The position numbers and the translations under genes were made by a program. From NCBI GenBank assembly GCA_964016885.1, contig OZ024744.1:10106001-10170000 (forward strand): a stretch of 64,000 bases of DNA, given 5' to 3'. The first letter of the stretch is position 1, and each line of letters opens with the position of its first letter. Positions 56,601-64,000 of the stretch are shown here, one piece after another. Origin of the DNA: Eledone cirrhosa (taxonomy: Eukaryota). Under the pieces are notes generated by a model. It had not been told where the DNA came from, ran no database searches, and worked only from the letters and a program-made list of their open reading frames with translations.

Positions 56601-59600
56601 ATATGTTGTGTTGTTGTACTCCAATCTGTTGTGTTGTTATACTCCAATATGATGTGTTGTTATACTCCAATATGGTGTGTTGTTTTACTCCAATATGTTG
56701 TGTTGTTGCAATCCAATATGTTTGTGTTGTTTTACTCCAATATGTTGTGTTGTTATACTCCAATATGTTGTGTTGTTGTACTCCAATATGGTGTGTTGTT
56801 GTTCTCCAATATGTTGTGTTGTTGTACTCCAATATGTTGTGTTGTTATACTCCAATATGTTGTGTTGGTGTACTCCAATATGTTGTGCTGTTGAACTCCA
56901 AATCTCGTGTTGTTATACTCCAATGCTTTGTGTTGTTATACTCCAATATGTTGTGTTGTTGTACTCCAATATGTTGTGTTGTTGTACTCCAATATGTTGT
57001 GTTGTTGTACTCCAATATGTTGTGTTGTTGTGCTCCAATATGTCATGTTATACTCCAATATGTCATGTTGTTTTACTCCAATATGTTGTGTTGTTGCACT
57101 CCAATATGTCGTGTTGTTGTACTCCAATATGTTGTGTTTTGTACTCCAATATGTTGTGTTATTGTACTCCAATATGTTGTGTTGTTATACTCCAATATGC
57201 TGTGCTGTTGTACTCCAATATGTTATGTTGTACTCCAATATGTTGTGTTGTTGTACTCCAATATATCATGTTGTCGTACTCCAATATGTCGTTGTTATAC
57301 TCCAATATGTCATGTTGCTGTACTCCAATATGCCGCGCTGTTGTACTCCAATATGTTTTGATGTTGTACTCCAATATATTGTGTTGTTGTACTCCAATAT
57401 GTTGTGTTGTTGTACTCCAATATGTTGTGTTGTTATACTCCAATATGTTGTGCTGTTGTACTCCAATATGTCAGGTTGTTGTACTCCGATATTTCGTGTT
57501 GTTCTACTCCAATATTTCGTGTTGTTTTACTCCAATATGTCGTGGTGTTGTACTCCAATATGTTTTGATGTTGTACTCCAATATGTCGTGTTGTTGTACT
57601 CCAATATGCTGTGTTGTTGAACTCCAATATGCTGTGTTGTTATACTCCTAAATGTTGTGTTGTTGTACTCCAATATGTTGTGTTATACTCCAATATGTTG
57701 TGTTGTTACACTCCACAATGGTGTGTTGTTGTACTCCAAAATGTGATGTTGTTGTACTCCAATATGTCGTATTGTTGTACTCCAATATGTTGTGTTGTTA
57801 TACTCCAATATTTCGTGTTGTTTTACTCCAATATGTCATGTTGTTGTACTCCAATATTTCGTGTTGTTGTACTCCAATATGTCATGGTGTTGTACTTCAA
57901 TATGTCGTATTGTTGTACTCCAGTATGTTGTGTTGTTGTTCTCCAATATGTCGTGTTGTTATACTCCAATATGTTATGATGTTGTACTCCAATATATTGT
58001 GTTGTTGTACTCCAATATGTTGTGTTGCTGTACTCCAATATGTTTTGTCGTTGTACTCCAATATGTTGTGTTGTTATACTCCAATATGTTGTGTTATTTT
58101 ACTCCAATATGTTGTGTTGTTGTACTCCAATATGTTGTGTTGTTGTACTCCAATATGTTGTGTTGTTGTAATCCAATATCTTGTGTTGTTATACTCCAAT
58201 ATGTTGTGTTGTTGTACTCCAATATGTTGTGTTGTTGTTCTCCAATATGTTGTGTTGTTATACTCCAATATGTTGTGTTGTGATACTCCAATATGTTGTG
58301 CTGTTGTACTCCAATATGTTGAGTTGTTTTACTCCAATACGTTTTGTTGTTGTACTCCAATATTTAGTGCTGTTATACTCCAATATGTTGTGTTGTTATA
58401 CTCCAAAAAGTTGTGTTGTTTTACTCCAATATGTTGTGTTGTTATACTCCAGTATGTTGTGTTGTTGTACTCCAATATGTTGTGTTGTTGTACTCCAATA
58501 TGTTGTGTTGTTGTAATCCAATATCTTGTGTTGTTATACTCCAATATGTTGTGTTGTTGTACTCCAATATGTTATGTTGTTATACTCCAATATGTTGTGC
58601 TGTTGTATTCCAATATGTTGTGCTGTTGTACTCCAAAATGTTGCGCTGTTGTACTCCAATATGTTGTGTTATTATACTCCAATATGCTGTGTTGTTGTAC
58701 TCCAATATAATGTGTTGTTGTACTCCAATATGTTGTGATGTTGTTATACTCCAATATGTTGTGTTGTTGTACTGCAATATGTTATGTTGTTGTACTCCAA
58801 TATGTAGTGATGGTGTACTCTAATATGTTGTGTTGGTGTACTCCAATATGTTGTGTTGTTATACTCCAATATGGTGTGTTGTTGTACTCCAATATGTTGT
58901 ATTGTTGTTCTCCAATATGTCATGTTATACTCCAATATGTTGTGTTCGTGTACTCCAATATTTTGTGATATTGTACTCCAATATGTTGTGTTGTTGTACT
59001 CCAATATGTTGTGTTGTTATACTCCAATATGTTGTGTTGTTGTACTCCAATATGTTGTTGTACTCCAACATGTTGTGTTGTTGTACTCCAATATGTAGTG
59101 TTGTTGTAATCCAATATGTTGTGTTGTTGTACTCCAATATATAGCGCTGTTGTACTCCAATATGTTGTGTTGTTGTACTCCAATATGTTGTGCTGTTGTA
59201 CTCCAATATGTTGTGTTGTTATACTCCAATATGTTGTGTTGTTATACTCCAATAAGTTGTGTTGTTTTACTCCAATATGTTGTGTTGTTATACTCCAGTA
59301 TGTTGTGTTGTTGTACTCCAATATGTTGTGTTGTTATACTCCAATATGTTGTGTTATATTACTCCAATATGTTGTGTTGTTGTACTCCAATATGTTGTGT
59401 TGTTGTACTCCAATATGTTGTGTTGTTGTAATCCAATATCTTGTGTTGTTATACTCCAATATGTTGTGTTGTTGTACTCCAATATGTTTTGATGTTGTAC
59501 TCCAATATGTTGTGTTGTTGTACTCCTATATGTTGTCTTGTTGTACTCCAAAAGGTCATATTATTGTACTCCAATATGTATTGTTATACTCCAATATGTC

Positions 59601-62600
59601 GTGTGGCTGTACTCCAATATATCATTTTGTTGTACTCCAATATGTCTTGTTATAGTCCAATATGTCGTGTTGTTGTACTCCAATATGTCATGTAGTTGTA
59701 CTCCAATATTTCGTGTTGTTGTACCCCAATATGTCGTGTTGTTTATACTCCAATATGTTTTGCTGTTGTACTCCAATATGTTGTGTTGCTGTACTCCAAT
59801 ATGTTGTGTTGTTGTACTCCAATATGTTGTGTTGTTGTAATCCAATATCTTGTGTTGTTATACTCCAATATGTTGTGTTGTTATACTCCAATATGTTGTG
59901 TTGTGATACTCCAATATGTTGTGCTGTTGTACTCCAATATGTTGAGTTGTTATACTCCAATATGTAGTGTTGTTATACTCCAATATGTTGTGTTGTTGTA
60001 CTACAATCTGTTGTGTTATACTCCAATATGTTGTGTTGTTATACTCCAATATGTTGTGTTGTTATACTCCAATATGTTGTGTTGTTTTACTCCAATATGT
60101 TGTGTTGTTGTACTCCAATATGTTGTATTGTTGATCTCCAATAAGTTGTGTTCTTGTACTCCAATATATTGTGTTGTTGTACTCCAATATGTTGTGTTTT
60201 TGTAATCCAATATTTAATGTTGTTGTACTCCAATATGTCTTGTTATATTCCAATATGTCGTGTTGTTGTACTCCAATATGTCATGTTGTTGTACTCCAAT
60301 ATTTCTTGTTGTTGTACCCCAATATGTCGTGTTGTTTATACTCCAATTTTTGTTGCTGTTGTACTCCAATATGTTGTGTTGTTGTACTCCAATATGTTGT
60401 GTTGTTGTACTCCAATATGTTGTGTTGTTATTCTCCAATATGTTGTGCTGTTGTACTCCAATGTGTTATGTTGTTATACTCCAATATGTTGTGCTGTGAT
60501 ACTCCAATATATTGTGTTGTTGTACTCCAATCTGTTGTGTTGTTATACTCCAATATGTTGTGTTGTTATACTCCAATATGTTATGTTGTTTTACTCCAAT
60601 ATGTTGTGTTGTTGTACTCCAATTTGTTGTGTTGTTGTACTCCAATATGTTGTGTTGTTGTAATCCAATATCTTGTGTTGTTATACTCCAATATGTTGTG
60701 TTGTTGTACTCCAATATGTTGTGTTGTTGTTCTCCAATATGTCGTGTTGTTATACTCCAATATGTTGTGTTATGATACTCCAATATGTTGTGCTGTTGTA
60801 CTCCAATATTTGTGTTGTTATACTCCAAGATGTAGTGTTGTTATACTCCAATATGTTGTGTTGTTGTACTCCAATATGTTGTGTTGTTATACTCCAATAT
60901 GTTATGTTGTTATACTCCAATATGTAGTGTTTTTATACTCCAATATGTTGTGTTGTTGTACTCCAATCTGTTATGTTGTTATACTCCAATATGTTGTGTT
61001 GTTATACTCCAATATGTTGTGTTGTTTTACTCCAATATGTTGTGTTGCCGTACTCCAATATGTTGTGTTGTTGTACTCCAATATGCTGTGCTGCTGTACT
61101 CCAATATATTGTGTTATACTCCAATATGTTGTGTTGTTGTACTCCAATATGTTGTGTTGTTGTAATCCAAAATGTTGTGTTGTTATACTCCAATATGTTA
61201 TGTTGTAATACTCCAATATGTTGTGCTCCAATATGTTGTGTTATACTCCAATGTGTTGTGTTCTTGTACTCCAATATGAAGTGTTGTAATACTCCAATAT
61301 GTAGTGCTGTTGTTATACTCCAATATGTTGTGTTATAATCCAATGTGTTGTGTTGTTGTACTCCAATCTGTTGTGTTGTTATACTCCAATCTGTTGTGTT
61401 GTTATACTGCAATATGTTGTGTTGTTATACTCCAATATGTTGTGTTGTTATACTCCAAGATGTTGTGCTGTGATACTCTAATATGTTGTGTTTTTGTACT
61501 CCAATATGTTGTGTTGTTGTACTCCAATATGTTGTGTTGTTGTAATCCAATATCTTGTGCTGTTATACTCCAATATGTTGTGTTGTTGTACTCCAATATG
61601 TTGTGTTGTTACACTCCAATATGTTGTGTTGTGATACTCCAAAGTGTTGTGCTGTTGTACTCCAATATGTTGTGTTGTTTTACTCCAATAGGTTGCGTTG
61701 TTGTACTCCAATCTGTTGTGTTGTTATACTCCAATATGTTGTGTTGTTATACTCCAATATGGTGTGTTGTTTTACTCCAATATGTTGTGTTGTTGCAATC
61801 CAATATGTTTGTGTTGTTTTACTCCAATATGTTGTGTTGTTATACTCAAATATGTTGTGTTGTTGTACTCCAATATGGTGTGTTGTTGTACTCCAATATG
61901 TTGTGTTGTTGTACTCCAATATGTTGTGTTGTTATACTCCAATATGTTGTGTTGGTGTACTCCAATATGTTGTGCTGTTGAACTCCAAATCTCGTGTTGT
62001 TATACTCCAATGTGTTGTGTTGTTATACTCCAATGTGTTGTGTTGTTATACTCCAATATGTTGTGTTGTTGTACTCCAATATGTTGTGTTGTTGTACTCC
62101 AATATGTTGTGTTGTTGTACTCCAATATGTTGTGTTGTGGTACTCCAATATGTCATGTTATACTCCAATATGTCATGTTGTTTTACTCCAATATGTTGTG
62201 TTGTTGCACTCCAATATGTCGTGTTGTTGTACTCCAATATGTTGTGTTGTTGTACTCCAATATGTTGTGTTGTTATACTCCAATATGCTGTGCTGTTGTA
62301 CTCCAATATGTTGTGTTGTACTCCAATATGTTGTGTTGTTGTACTCCAATATATCATGTTGTCGTACTCCAATATGTCATGTTATACTCCAATATGTCGT
62401 TGTTATACTCCAATATGTCATGTTGCTGTACTCCAATATGTCGTGTTGTTGTACTCCAATATGTTTTGATGTTGTACTCCAATATGTTGTGTTGTTGTAC
62501 TCCAATATGTTGTGTTGTTATACTCCAATATGTTGTGCTGTTGTACTCCAATATGTCAGGTTGTTGTACTCCGATATTTCGTGTTGTTCTACTCCAATAT

Positions 62601-64000
62601 TCCATGTTGTTTTACTCCAATATGTCGTGGTGTTGTACTCCAATATGTTTTGATGTCGTACTCCAATATGTCGTGTTGTTGTACTCCAATATGTTGTGTT
62701 GTTGAACTCCAATATGCTGTGTTGTTATACTCCTATATGTTGTGGTATTGTACTCCAATATGTTGTGTTGTACTCCAATATGTTGTGTTGTTATACTCCA
62801 CAATGTTGTGTTGTTATACTCCAATATGTTGTGTTGTTGTACTCCAATATGTGATGTTGTTGTACTCCAATATGTCGTATTGTTGTACTCCAATATGTTG
62901 TGTTGTTATACTCCAATATTTCGTGTTGTTTTACTCCAATATGTCATGTTGTTGTACTCCAATATCTCGTGTTGTTGTACTCCAATATGTCATGGTGTTC
63001 TACTTCAATATGTCGTATTGTTGTACTCCAATATGTTGTGTTGTTGTTCTCCAATATGTCGTGTTGTTATACTCCAATATGTTATGATGTTGTACTCCAA
63101 TATATTGTGTTGTTGTACTCCAATATGTTGTGTTGTTGTATTCAATACGCTGTGTTGTTGTACTCCAATATGTTGTGTTGTTGTACTCCAATATGTAGTT
63201 GTACTCCAATATGTTGTGTTGTTGTACTCCAATATGCTGTGTTGTTATACTCCAATATGTATTGTTGTTGTAATCCAATATGTTGTGTTGTTGTACTCCA
63301 ATATATAGTGTTGTTGTACTCCAATATGTTGTGTTGTTGTACTCCGATATGTTGTGCTGTTGTACTCCAATATGTTGTGTTATTGTACTCCAATATGTTG
63401 TGTTGTTGTACTCCAATACGTTATGTTGTTGTACTCCAATATTTAGTGCTGTTATACTCCAATATGTTGTGTTGTTATACTCCAAAAAGTTGTGTTGTTT
63501 TACTCCAATATGTTGTGTTGTTATACTCCAGTATGTTGTGTTGTTGTACTCCAATATGTTGTGCTGTTGTACTCCAATATGTCAGGTTGTTGTACTCCGA
63601 TATTTCGTGTTGTTCTACTCCAATATTTCGTGTTGTTTTACTCCAATATGTCGTGGTGTTGTACTCCAATATGTTTTGATGTTGTACTCCAATATGTCGT
63701 GTTGTTGTACTCCAATATGTTGTGTTGTTGAACTCCAATATGCTGTGTTGTTATACTCCTAAATGTTGTGTTGTTGTACTCCAATATGTTGTGTTGTTAC
63801 ACTCCACAATGTTGTGTTGTTGTACTCCAAAATGTGATGTTGCTGTACTCCAATATGTCGTATTGTTGTACTCCAATATGTTGTGTTGTTATACTCCAAT
63901 ATTTCGTGTTGTTTTACTCCAATATGTCATGTTGTTGTACTCCAATATTTCGTGTTGTACTCCAATATGTCATGGTGTTGTACTTCAATATGTCGTATTG
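53656..64000. repeat. 23-bp satellite array (>10 kb, roughly 450 units, runs off the window) with shorter slippage variants
   Basis: Consensus TACTCCAATATGTTGTGTTGTTG (last base often A); shorter units such as 20-mers from loss of a GTT/TTG triplet. Confidence 0.97.

Noticed and set aside
53631-63762. Many Cys-rich or Thr/Asn-rich ORFs resembling metallothionein, keratin-associated or structural proteins
   Set aside because: Overlap in all six frames, same peptide in each frame, scattered stops, no unique N- or C-terminus; products of the 23-bp period.
3631-64000. CRISPR-like array
   Set aside because: No unique spacers between repeats, no cas genes, eukaryotic context.
53656-64000. Telomeric repeat
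   Set aside because: No TTAGGG/TTAGG units; heterogeneous monomers with duplication patchwork do not fit telomerase templating.

Overview
Eukaryotic (animal) repeat DNA with no host genes. 1-3630 is the 3' part of a decayed Ty3/Gypsy LTR retrotransposon: gag tail/protease-RT-RNaseH-integrase with one nonsense and two compensating frameshift lesions, a polypurine tract, and a 276-bp 3' LTR with 8-bp terminal inverted repeats. It abuts a ~50-kb AT-rich satellite (3631-~53655) with a 108-bp monomer and ~100- and 58-bp deletion variants. The array has layered structure: an irregular ~2-kb variant order, kb-scale tandem duplications, a domain switch near 34.9 kb and long-range sequence patches. 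The monomer is itself a degenerate foldback. A 180-bp tRNA-derived SINE with a 17-bp target-site duplication sits in the array twice, exactly 3600 bp apart; from memory it resembles octopus SINEs (not checked). At ~53655 the sequence switches abruptly to a 23-bp satellite that runs to the window end; all ORFs called there are artefacts of a stop-free monomer. I find no CRISPR array and no supportable new protein-coding system. All comparisons were made by eye and copy numbers are estimates.
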